Positions 11,341 to 23,104 of a stretch of DNA of 50,147 nt are shown piece by piece (the stretch's first letter is position 1; every line of letters begins with the position of its first letter). A model generated the notes under the pieces. That model ran no database searches, had not been told where the DNA came from, and saw only the letters and a list, made by a program, of their open reading frames with translations. The stretch covers positions 14,295,054 through 14,345,200 of the forward strand of contig NC_068991.1 in assembly GCF_001194135.2 (NCBI RefSeq), written 5' to 3'. Both the position numbers and the translations under genes were made by a program. Source of the stretch: Octopus bimaculoides. Its lineage: Eukaryota.

Positions 11341-12689
11341 GCATGTGTTTGTGTAGGTTGAGCAGCAATGTTGAAAACAGGAGCGGGGGAGATAGATAAA
11401 TTAAAAGAACAGTAGTTAAAACTAACATAGGCTTGACAAATATATATAAACACTGCAGTAGAGCAACAGAAAAGCAGTGTACAGTAATTAGTTAATAAAT
11501 TATCAGCTATATACTGTTATTAAAAGCTCATTTCAGCTCTCAGTCAAAGCTAAATGAATTGATTACAGGGTATATAAGCGAGAGTTACAATAAAGTCAAA
11601 TTTCTCCAGTTGAAAATGTTTACTTTTTTCACCAACTCTGCTGACTCCACCCAAAACGTTGCTCCTTTGTCTGATGCACCAGTCTACCTTGGCGGGTTAT
11701 CTTTTCGACCGTTATTCACTCTGGCTGTGACGTATTATGCTGATGTCTTTAGGAGTACCTCTCGTCTACATTTTTTTTCTCTGTGACCAAAATATATTAT
11801 CATTCGAAAGATGAAATTTCTGGTGAGTTGCTATATTTCTGGCTTTGTAACAATTGTTTTTTATTGCTCCTTCAATCATCACATTTGTACATACATACAT
11901 ACATCCATCCATACATACATACATACATATATACACACATACATACATGCACACATTCATACTTTCATTCATACATACATTCATACATACATATATACAT
12001 ACATACACACATACATAATATATATATGTATATATGTGTGTGTGTGTGTATATATATATATNNNNNNNNNNNNNNNNNNNNNNNNNNNNNNNNNNNNNNN
12101 NNNNNNNNNNNNNNNNNNNNNNNNNNNNNNNNNNNNNNNNNNNNNNNNNNNNNNNNNNNNNNNNNNNNNNNNNNNNNNNNNNNNNNNNNNNNNNNNNNNN
12201 NNNNNNNNNNNNNNNNNNNNNNNNNNNNNNNNNNNNNNNNNNNNNNNNNNNNNNNNNNNNNNNNNNNNNNNNNNNNNNNNNNNNNNNNNNNNNNNNNNNN
12301 NNNNNNNNNNNNNNNNNNNNNNNNNNNNNNNNNNNNNNNNNNNNNNNNNNNNNNNNNNNNNNNNNNNNNNNNNNNNNNNNNNNNNNNNNNNNNNNNNNNN
12401 NNNNNNNNNNNNNNNNNNNNNNNNNNNNNNNNNNNNNNNNNNNNNNNNNNNNNNNNNNNNNNNNNNNNNNNNNNNNNNNNNNNNNNNNNNNNNNNNNNNN
12501 NNNNNNNNNNNNNNNNNNNNNNNNNNNNNNNNNNNNNNNNNNNNNNNNNNNNNNNNNNNNNNNNNNNNNNNNNNNNNNNNNNNNNNNNNNNNNNNNNNNN
12601 NNNNNNNNNNNNNNNNNNNNNNNNNNNNNNNNNNNNNNNNNNNNNNNNNNNNNNNNNNNNNNNNNNNNNNNNNNNNNNNNNNNNNNNNN

Positions 12690-12731
<42 letters not shown>

Positions 12732-13000
12732 TGTGTGTGTGCATGCGCACGTGTGTGTGTATAAGCATATACACACACACATACATACATATAAACACAC
12801 ACAAATGTACACACATGCATGCAGATACACACACATGTATATTAATAGCTTCGCTGGAGAAGAAAGAGCTATGCTTTTACCCTGTTTCAGGACCATGCAG
12901 CCGAAAAGATAAAGGGAAACGGTTATCTTCAGAATGATCAAATACTTGTTACATAGTGAGACACAAGACAGTGGTAATGCTAGAATTAGCAACGGATTAA

Positions 13001-13231
13001 CCCTTTAGCATTTAATCCGGCCAAATCCAGCCAAATCCGACCCAAACATTGTACCTGTTTTATGGTGAAGCTGATCAGCTCTGGCCTCTTACACCTATCC
13101 TACAATGTACTTCTAAAAATAAACAATTACGTCATCGAAAGCTCAAAACTATGAGAAGATGCAGGATTAATTCAAAATAATTTGAATAAATAAATATTAC
13201 ATTTAACAGAATAATCTGAATGCTAAAAGGG
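13001..13231 (+). mobile_element. piggyBac-like MITE
   Basis: TTAA+CCCTTTAGCATT left end, AATGCTAAAAGGG right end; homologues at 35157-35511. Confidence 0.6.
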
Positions 13232-13393
13232 CTGAGTATACCACGAAGGAGTATGAACAGATGAAAGTGTGACTGATGATAGAAGATTAGTAAGGGTGAA
13301 AGGAGCAGGAGTATGACATGAGTAGCAGTATGAGTCGAGGGAGAAGAATGTCTGTCAGGGAGTAATGGGAGAGAGACAGCAATGACAGGGAAT

Positions 13394-13433
<40 letters not shown>

Positions 13434-13695
13434 GTGATGACAGCTTCATGTTTGCAGATGGGAGGAAAAGAGAAAGAGATAGAGTAAGTGATTGATGGAT
13501 TGTTGTAGAGCTGGAGCATTGTAAGAATGAATGATGGATATCAATAAGGAGTGACTTGATGGAGAGGGTTTGATGGCTTACTGTACTGGTGAGTGATGGC
13601 AGGGTGTATTTGATATAAACAGACCTGATGCAATTTCATATTATATGCAGTTATCATAATGAGAAAAATAAATGGTACAGTGATAAGAGTAATGA

Positions 13696-14086
13696 GTGGA
13701 GGCGCAATGGCCCAGTGGTTAGGGTAGCGGACTCATGGTCATAGGATCGCGGTTTCGATTCCCAGACCGGGCGTTGTGAGTGTTTATTGAGCGAAAACAC
13801 CTAAAAGCTCTACGAGGCTCCGGCAGGGGATGGTGGCGAACCCTGCTGTACTCTTCCACCACAACTTTCTCTCACTCTTACTTCCTGTTTCTGTTGTGCC
13901 TGTAATTCAAAGGGTCAGCCTTGTCACACTGTGTCACGCTGAATATCCCCGAGAACTACGTTAAGGGTACACGTGTCTGTGGAGTGCTCAGCCACTTGCA
14001 CATTAATTTCACGTGTAGGCTGTTCTGTTGATCGGATCAACTGGAACTCTCGACGTCGTAAGCGACGGAGTGCCAACAACAACAAC
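13696..14086 (+). mobile_element. Full-length SINE A
   Basis: A-box 13708-13718, B-box 13751-13762, (CAA)n tail; TSD AAGAGTAATGA / AAGGGTAATGA. Confidence 0.9.
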
Positions 14087-14305
14087 AAGGGTAATGATCA
14101 GGGGAAATTTGAATATATGCAGGTCCCATAACATTCTTTGTTTTACAGGCAGCATGACACAGGGGATAGGAAAGAGCTTGAGGAATAAAGGGAGGTGAGA
14201 GAGTATAGAAAAGGGGATTGGGTTACAATAGATTGAGACAACAATTGAGGCACAGTTTGTGAGGCATCAATGTGAATATTTCTCTGTCTCCATCAGCATC
14301 ATGAT

Positions 14306-14521
14306 GCTGGTTTCAAATTTTGGCACAAGGCCAGCAATTTCAGGGGAGGGGTTAAGTTGATTACATCGACTCCACTCCTGAACTAGTACTCATTTTATCA
14401 AACCCAGAATGATGAAAGGCAAAGATGACCTCGGTGGAATTTGAACTCAGAATGTACAGACAGACAAAACACTGCTAAGCATTTCAACCAGCATTCTAAC
14501 ATTCCTGCCAGCTCGCTGGCT
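14306..14521 (-). mobile_element. tRNA-derived SINE F
   Basis: GGAATTTGAACTCAG (B-box on minus strand) and ATGAAAGGCAAAG core; degenerate TSD ATCAGCA(T/C)CAT. Confidence 0.75.
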
Positions 14522-14544
14522 TATCAGCACCATCATATTACTAT

Positions 14545-15110
14545 TTGTTCTACCATGCTAGCATGCATTGGCATGTCTTCCCCAGTTTGCATGCCTCCAA
14601 TTATCGCACTCCTTCGTCATCTCCATCATGACTTGAGACCAGCATCTTGAGATCAGTTTCCATCATTCTTTTGCTTATAACTTCATGGGTCTCCCTCTTC
14701 TGAAGATTCCATCCTCTAAAAGTGCTTGGCACATCTTCAAGTAACTGTCATTATCCACATACCTGCATCGGCGCAGTCTTCTTACTTGCATGCACAAGTA
14801 TTTTGTACTCCATCTTTTCATACACTTTAACATTATACATCAATCAAAGCATGTTCATTCAACTGTTTCTAGTCTCGTAAATCCTTTTCATTTAAGGCCC
14901 ATATCTCATTGTCATATAGGATCACATTTCACACACAAGCATCATGCAATTCACCCTTTACTGGCTAAATATTTTCTCTGCTAGAAATAATACTTCCCTG
15001 AAACGTCTTTTTCTATTCTTACACTGGGTATGCTTCTGGTCCACCCACCACCATTTCTAATTATAGCACCCAGGTAACAAAAGCTATCAAGTATTTTTTG
15101 TGGGCTTTTC
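14545..15110 (-). mobile_element. RTE-clade LINE, degraded post-RT region and tail
   Basis: LDSFCYLGAIIRNGGG (RTE 'FCYLG' motif), RGRP-like segment, ends CCAATGCATGCTAGCATGG. Confidence 0.75.
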
Positions 15111-15984
15111 AAGCAGAAATTTGAAAGAATTATTTTGTGTGCATTCTTATAGCTAATTATTCCTGTGCAGTAGAGCAGGCATATCTCCAAAGATTAACTT
15201 TGCTGTCAGCCTTCCTGTGGACACATTACATATCCAATGCATGTACAGTTTACTCCCAAATGTATGGCTTTGGATTCAGTCACACTGCACTCTGTATATG
15301 TTTATGGGTATGTATTTATTTGTGTATATGTATATACATGCATCTGTGTACATATTTACATTTGCACTACTCTGAAAATCACTGAGCTGCATGTAGTAAT
15401 GTTGTTCTGTCCTTTATCTAAAGATTGTTAGCTAGCTTCATGCTTTTGAATGTGTCTGGAATAAGAAATCCCTTACATGAAAAACAGGTGAAGTTTAGTG
15501 ACAGCAGGTGAGTGGGCACAGGGTTTCGCAACTAACTGTAAAAAGTAATTGCCCCAATGATATATTCGTGTAAGCCATGGGAAAACAGATGTAAAAACAA
15601 ACTATATATATGTGTATGCTTGCATGTACATATGTATAATTACACACACACATAACACACAACAGTGCTGGATTAACCATTTGGCAAAATAAGTACCTGC
15701 TTAGGGCATCAAGAGAAGCGGCGCACCATAGAAAAGGTAAATGGTTTACAACACAAAAGAAATCACATTAAGCTTTCTAAAATAATGTTCAGGATTTCTT
15801 ATCTCTTCTAAGTTAATCATGCTTCATTTTGAACAATAAAAATTTATACTGTGGTTTGTTATTGTCTATATTTTGAATTGCATATAGATGAAAGCACCAC
15901 AATCTTTTAAGTGTTCAGGACTTCTATGGGATCTTAATCGAGCCTGGCCATGTATATATATATATATATATATATAAAGAATAA

Positions 15985-16048
15985 AATTACAATTCCTTCT
16001 TCAGATATTCTTAGATATCTAAGAATATCTGAAGAAGGAATTGTAATT
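15985..16048. repeat. Perfect 64-bp palindrome without spacer
   Basis: AATTACAATTCCTTCTTCAGATATTCTTAGAT followed directly by its reverse complement. Confidence 0.9.
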
Positions 16049-16185
16049 CTGGAATATCATCGGACTATAGATAACCAAATTACAACAGGTATATAGTCCA
16101 TTTTTGTATTATAGTGCATTGTTGAACCATTCTAAACTTTTTATTCTTTACAAACAATACACAATGCTTCAAGCAAACTACAATA

Positions 16186-16224
<39 letters not shown>

Positions 16225-16696
16225 TCAGTGTGTATTGCGTTCCATTACTTGATAAATTGAAAAATGTTTAAAGAAACAATGTAAAGTATACTAAATGTAA
16301 AAACGAATGGGAGACAAACAGAAGATCTGTAATTCTCCATCAGTTATTGACCATGCACACACACACACACATACATGTATATAGTTGTAATGTAAATGAA
16401 TAAATATATATATACATACATATGTACAAACATACATACACACACATATATACAAATACACACACATGCACACATATGAGGATAAGCGTGTATAATTAGA
16501 TATGTATAATTCTTTTGCACTTCAGAATCAGTCAGCGATAAAAATATATAGACAGGAATTTGCCATTTTAAAAAAATATATATATAAACAAGCATTTATG
16601 CAATTAAGTCATTTTCTCAACGTTTTTAGATAGCTGGCTGTGTTAATGTCCTACATTAGAATATAACCATGAAATATTTACTACATGATCACCCAC

Positions 16697-16762
16697 GTGT
16701 GGCCTATGATAACTATTTCACTACACCGAAGGTCAATCTTGATGATCATCAGATTCAAACAC
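16697..16762 (-). ncRNA. Hammerhead-ribozyme-like relic (Penelope-type minimal form)
   Basis: CTGATGA (16752-16746), distorted stem II, GAAA (16719-16716), quasi-palindromic ATAGTTAT, triplet AUC; stem I poorly paired. Confidence 0.4.
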
Positions 16763-16832
16763 TGCTGTGTGTTTTATTGCCATTCGGCATAAGCTGTCAA
16801 TACCACATATGTACGAGAACAGAGAACAGATG

Positions 16833-16888
<56 letters not shown>

Positions 16889-17469
16889 CATATAAATATA
16901 TNNNNNNNNNNNNNNNNNNNNNNNNNNNNNNNNNNNNNNNNNNNNNNNNNNNNNNNNNNNNNNNNNNNNNNNNNNNNNNNNNNNNNNNNNNNNNNNNNNN
17001 NNNNNNNNNNNNNNNNNNNNNNNNNNNNNNNNNNNNNNNNNNNNNNNNNNNNNNNNNNNNNNNNNNNNNNNNNNNNNNNNNNNNNNNNNNNNNNNNNNNN
17101 NNNNNNNNNNNNNNNNNNNNNNNNNNNNNNNNNNNNNNNNNNNNNNNNNNNNNNNNNNNNNNNNNNNNNNNNNNNNNNNNNNNNNNNNNNNNNNNNNNNN
17201 NNNNNNNNNNNNNNNNNNNNNNNNNNNNNNNNNNNNNNNNNNNNNNNNNNNNNNNNNNNNNNNNNNNNNNNNNNNNATATATACACATATATATATATAT
17301 ATATATACATATATATATACACATATATATATACACATATATATATATATATACATACACACACACATATATATACACACACATATATATATATATATAT
17401 ACATACACACACAAATATATATATATATATACACATATATATATACACACATACACACACACAAATATC

Positions 17470-17557
<88 letters not shown>

Positions 17558-17796
17558 AACTTAACCTTATGAACTTTGTAAAATCTCTGAAGAAGCCTAG
17601 AGAATTATCCATGTACCTCTATTTCATTTATTAATTACTCCAGTTTACTGGAGTGATAAATGTAAAATGAAACAGCTGTAAGACATCCCATTTTTCTGTC
17701 ACTATATGTAATTTTTTTAATTACTGATATAGCATAATATGTCATATGGGTTTGTATATTGGTATTATTGTTCTTTTAGTAAACAAATAAACAATA

Positions 17797-17868
17797 GATC
17801 AGTGGGACTGAACCTGGAACCATGTGGTTTGTAGGCAAGCTACTTACCACACAGCCACTCCCACGCCT
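17797..17868 (-). mobile_element. SINE B head fragment
   Basis: CAGTGGGACTGAACCTGGAACCATGTGGTT..CTTACCACACAGCCAC is the reverse complement of the B head. Confidence 0.7.
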
Positions 17869-18342
17869 ACATATTCATACTATTTTTATATTTTTCTTCT
17901 ATTGTTACTTGAAATACATTCTTCTGTTTCTGTGACTAGTCATGTCTTTCATTCTTTTATCTTTTTACCTGTTTTGGTCTTTTGACCGCGGCCATGCTAG
18001 AGCACAGACTTGACAGTTTTTAGTCAAACAAATCAACCCCCGTCAACTTGTTTTTTTCATAAATATTGCAGTTCACATTCCATTATTTTGTTATGTGATC
18101 TTTAATAATCTCAGGTCTACAATAAATGATCACCATTTAATGCCTTTTTTGAGAACTTTTCTCTCTTGAGCAAAATTCGAATGTGCATACACACACACAC
18201 ACACAGGTACATATATGACTCACGTGGAGAGTTTGAATTTTCTGTTGATTAAATAGAAAAAATATGCATTGTCATGATTTGAATTCTATTTTACTGTATC
18301 ATCAAATGTATACGTATAAAATATAATATAATATGGTGCAAT

Positions 18343-18437
18343 ATGGCTGTATGGTAAGAAACTTGCTTCTTAACCACATGGTTCTGAGTTCAGTTACACT
18401 GCGTGGCACCTTGGGCAAGTGTCTTCTACTATAGCCT
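18343..18437 (+). mobile_element. SINE B head and CORE-like start, runs into gap
   Basis: GGCACCTTGGGCAAGTGTCTTCTACTATAGCCT, MIR-core-like. Confidence 0.75.
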
Positions 18438-18537
18438 NNNNNNNNNNNNNNNNNNNNNNNNNNNNNNNNNNNNNNNNNNNNNNNNNNNNNNNNNNNNNNN
18501 NNNNNNNNNNNNNNNNNNNNNNNNNNNNNNNNNNNNN

Positions 18538-18585
18538 TATGACCGCGAGTCCACTGCCCTAACCACTGGGTCATTGCGCCTCCAC
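18538..18585 (-). mobile_element. SINE A head fragment after gap
   Basis: Matches 26818-26863. Confidence 0.8.
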
Positions 18586-19783
18586 TGTTGGTACTTTACA
18601 GCAGACAGAATAAACAGCATGTTGATATAACCACTAGCATTTGGATATTAAACTGTTAGATTTCACCATCATTGATCAGGGGTGTTTATATATTTTTTGT
18701 TTGTGATTAGTGTATATTTACCTCTGAGTTTATTTTAGAAAAGTGTCATTCTAAGCTTATCATTCCATTACATATCTTCTGTTTTTCTTGGACATCTTCC
18801 ACAAGACAAACGTGTTATTTACCTTGCTTCTTCCTATCTTCTCTAAATGATTTACTGCACTGCAATTCTTCCTTGTTGCAACTCTATGGTGAACCAATAA
18901 GAAGTGACATGCTTATCATTCTTGCAGTGATTAAAATTTGGTATATCTTCAAAAAATTTCAATGATGCAATTCTATGAGATTTATCTCAGTTGCTAGTTA
19001 TTTTTATTCAATTCCTTCAAAAGCTGATTTTTGTCTACTAATTGCATGAATAATATCAGTTAATCAGTGTTTTTTTTTAAATTCTTTTTTAATCTCAATG
19101 TATCATATATGAGTGATTCTGCTGTAACATGTGGAATGCACTCAAGAGGCATTTCCTTCAGCCATATTATTGACATTCATAATTAGCATTACTACTTTTC
19201 CTAAATATATATATATATATATATANNNNNNNNNNNNNNNNNNNNNNNNNNNNNNNNNNNNNNNNNNNNNNNNNNNNNNNNNNNNNNNNNNNNNNNNNNN
19301 NNNNNNNNNNNNNNNNNNNNNNNNNNNNNNNNNNNNNNNNNNNNNNNNNNNNNNNNNNNNNNNNNNNNNNNNNNNNNNNNNNNNNNNNNNNNNNNNNNNN
19401 NNNNNNNNNNNNNNNNNNNNNNNNNNNNNNNNNNNNNNNNNNNNNNNNNNNNNNNNNNNNNNNNNNNNNNNNNNNNNNNNNNNNNNNNNNNNNNNNNNNN
19501 NNNNNNNNNNNNNNNNNNNNNNNNNNNNNNNNNNNNNNNNNNNNNNNNNNNNNNNNNNNNNNNNNNNNNNNNNNNNNNNNNNNNNNNNNNNNNNNNNNNN
19601 NNNNNNNNNNNNNNNNNNNNNNNNNNNNNNNNNNNNNNNNNNNNNNNNNNNNNNNNNNNNNNNNNNNNNNNNNNNNNNNNNNNNNNNNNNNNNNNNNNNN
19701 NNNNNNNNNNNNNNNNNNNNNNNNNNNNNNNNNNNNNNNNNNNNNNNNNNNNNNNNNNNNNNNNNNNNNNNNNNNNNNNNNNN

Positions 19784-19826
<43 letters not shown>

Positions 19827-20686
19827 TTATATATATATTTTTATACCAAAATTAGGCAAAAATATTGTATCTTAACAAACGTAGCAAAATACTCACAAGT
19901 GAGTTTTTGTATTTATATCTATTTAAATGAGACCTCAAAACTGATCCATTAAAAATACTTTATTATAATAATGATAATGACTTATGATATACATATATAT
20001 ATACACACACACACACATATATATATATATACATATATATACATATACACACACACACACACATATATATATAGAGAGAGAGAGATAGAGAGAGAGGGAT
20101 AATCATCGTTAAACATTTGTTTTTCCGTACTGTATGCGTGGTGTGTGGTGTGTTCTGATTGCTCATAGTACTAACATATTTGTTGCTTTTAACAGTTGGT
20201 TTAAAGACCAGAACTGTTCCTATTTTAGATTTCCTAAAAGTTCTGAAAATTCCAATTAAGGATTGTCAGAATTATCATCTTCGCTTATTTTTTTTTTTTC
20301 AGCTCTTAAAAAAACCCCCAGAGGTATTCTTTGCCTGTTAATTGCAATGGGTGATTTCTGTTAATTGAAGATTTTTAATTCACTCCGTTAACACAGAAAA
20401 CCTTATTTCATTTGTATTTTCTATTTAGTATTCCGGTCACTCACCAGGAGGGAATAATTTTCCTTCAGTCATCTTGTAAATTATGGGGTTAATCAATATT
20501 TCAATTTATATTTTAATCAAATGTATGACGATACATAAACTTACCGAGGAGGTTAGCTGAAGGCAGGTGTATTCATTGTTGTTGTTGTTATTGCTGCTCC
20601 TATTATTGTTTAGCACCAAATCAATTCTGATTGAGCAGACCTATGATCAAAGGGTATCCTGTTTTCTCTCTCTCTTTTTTTTTTTT

Positions 20687-20766
20687 GTGGTTGTGTGGTT
20701 AGATGATTGCTTCCCAAGTAGATGATTCTGTCTTCAGTCCCACTGTATGGCATCTTGGTGCAAGTG
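20687..20766 (+). mobile_element. Degraded SINE B head fused to SINE A
   Basis: TTCAGTCCCACTGTATGGCATCTTGGTGCAAGTG. Confidence 0.6.
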
Positions 20767-21062
20767 GCTGAGTACTCCGCAGACACGTGTACCCTTAACG
20801 TAGTTCTCGGGGATATTCAGCGTGACACAGTTTGACAAGGCTGACCCTTTGAATTACAAGTACAACAGAAACAGGAAGTAAGAGTGAGAGAAAGTTGTGG
20901 TGAAAGAGTACAGCAGGGTTCACCACCATCCTCTGCTGGAGCCTCGTGGAGCTTTAGGTGTTTTCGCTCAATAAACACTCACAACGCCCGGTCTGGGAAT
21001 CGAAGCCGCGATCCTATGACTGCAAGTCCGCTGCCCTAACCACTGGGCCATTGCACCTCCAC
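20758..21062 (-). mobile_element. SINE A lacking its 3' tail
   Basis: High identity to the corresponding part of 3219-3606 and 26480-26863. Confidence 0.85.
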
Positions 21063-21701
21063 AAAGCCCAGGTTAACAATAATGAAAAAGCCTGCTGATG
21101 GAAAGTGTTTTGAATATGACCAACCTTGAATTTTTAGGGATTTCTAGAACTAAATTATCTAATGCGTCCTTCTTTGTTTTTTGGTTTTTCTTTTAGATGG
21201 TGAGGTATGATTTGAGGAGAGATTTGGCTGCTATTTATAGCAGGTTCAGCAGTCATGTAGATTTACAATAATTGACTCATGCTTAGTGGGTCAGATGTGT
21301 AGAGTATCATGAAGTACTTGTTTACAGTTTTTAAGTTTAAATCCAATTTTTATTTCTAGTATTTAGTGGTCAAGGGTGAAACTTCCCACACATCTGGAAA
21401 TATAACCTGCTGGGACCTGGACTAAAACTGACCACAGGAGCTTGTTTTTTTCTCATGAGGTGTACTTCCTTAACCTTTGGACTTATCTACAAGCTTGACC
21501 AGGGCTGGCTCAAGGCACTGACAACTTGGGCAGTTGCTTAGCGAGACATAACAAAGACAAGGAAATTTCCACAACTGTCAGCTTGTACATGCCGAAGTTC
21601 AGCTTACTTCACAGAGAATGAAAGAGATGTGTTTGTATATGAAAAAATGTCTATAAATAAATATATTTATATATATATATATGATAAAAAACTGTACATA
21701 T

Positions 21702-21740
<39 letters not shown>

Positions 21741-22175
21741 CACATACATATGTGTATGTGTTTGCATGTATGTGTGTATATAATTCTATATATGTGCATG
21801 CATGTGAGTGTGTGTGTGTGTGTGTGTGTGTGATTACCAGTTTATTGACTGTGAGCTGGAATGCAAGACTCAGTCGATTAGTTTACCAGTTTTGAATTAC
21901 ATCAAGCCTCTGTCGACTGTTTTGCACTTTAAAAGCTATTATTAGAGACAGGCAGCATCAAATATGAATAATTTTTTATCAACAACATGGAGGAGGCTGG
22001 GGCGGGGGCATGGATAATCTATGACAAGCGTTGAAGACAGCTTTATCATCTATCAAGTACAATGTGTTTCTTATTCTTAAAATGTGCCTCCTCCATAATA
22101 AATAAAATCTTGTTTACCATAAATATCTGACTGGAAGAACATTTAAACCAACCAAAAGAAAATCAGTAATAATTA

Positions 22176-22381
22176 GGCACAAGGCCAGGAATTTTGGTGG
22201 CGGGGATAAGCTGATTACATCAACGCCCAGTGTCCAACTGGTACTTATTTTATCGACTCTAAAAGGATGAAAGGCAAAGTGGACGGACCTCGGCGGAATT
22301 CGAACTCAGAGTGTGAAGATGGATTGAATGCTGATAAACATTTTGCCAGGCATGCAAACAAGTCCATCAGCTTGCAGCCTT
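22176..22381 (-). mobile_element. SINE F
   Basis: GGTACTTATTTTATCGAC..AAGGATGAAAGGCAAAG..GGAATTCGAACTCAG. Confidence 0.75.
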
Positions 22382-22417
22382 AACAATAATAATAATAACA
22401 ACAATAATAATAATAAT

Positions 22418-22984
22418 GCCTTGATGCAGTACCAGGCAGTGGCTCTCATGGCTTCTGATCTTAACTGATTGGAAGTGTTATCATGTACATTGTTTTGTCT
22501 TGGTATAAAAGATTGGCTACAGCAAATATTCTGCTCAATTCCACAGATTTGCTTGTCAGTTGTTTGACCTTAACCATTTGAGCATGTCCCTTGATGGCTG
22601 ACGATATGTGCATCTCTGATCATGAGCAGAAGTAGTGGGGGAGCATCATAGCCATGTGTCGAGAGGAATTCTTTGGGGTTTGAATAATTCACCTTTGGAA
22701 ATATGGGTGTTTTGCTCAACATCCTTATTCAGGGACCCTTTGAGCGGAATGGGTCACTCGACCTGAAGAAAATTCTAACTGGGCCCCACCTGCGAGGTCA
22801 TGCGCTGTTTATCTTGATATGAGATCACCATGTCGTGCACATATGGTTGTGACGCATGTGCCTGGTGTACCCTTATCAGATGGGTAGTCGTGATGGGTAT
22901 ACTGGGCTTTGTATATTTTACCCCAGTGTCACTTTGATGGCATGCACTGCTCTCTCACTCAATAATAATAATAATAATAATAAT
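22418..22984 (+). mobile_element. Unclassified retroposon-like segment with (AAT)n tail
   Basis: About 540 bp of complex, more GC-rich sequence with (AAT)n on both sides; single copy in this window. Confidence 0.45.
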
Positions 22985-23104
22985 TGTTGTTTCAAATTTT
23001 GGTACAGGGCCAGCCATCTTGGTGGCAGATGTGAATCAATTATATTTACCTCAGTATTCCACTGGTATTTATTTTCTTGACCCAAAAAGAATGAAAGACA
23101 AAAT

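Noticed and set aside
13696-13770. tRNA-Arg-like sequence
   Set aside because: SINE head: lacks a proper acceptor stem and continues into SINE body with TSD.
15424-15513. Strong donor CAG|GTGAGT with a short open frame upstream
   Set aside because: Weak acceptor and unrecognisable 27-aa peptide; such sites occur by chance.
21380-21615. Peptides resembling a viral PLA2 motif (YNLLGPGLKL) and a serpin strand (VSLYMPKFSL)
   Set aside because: Short matches in different frames with wrong spacing and stops; not supportable without a search.
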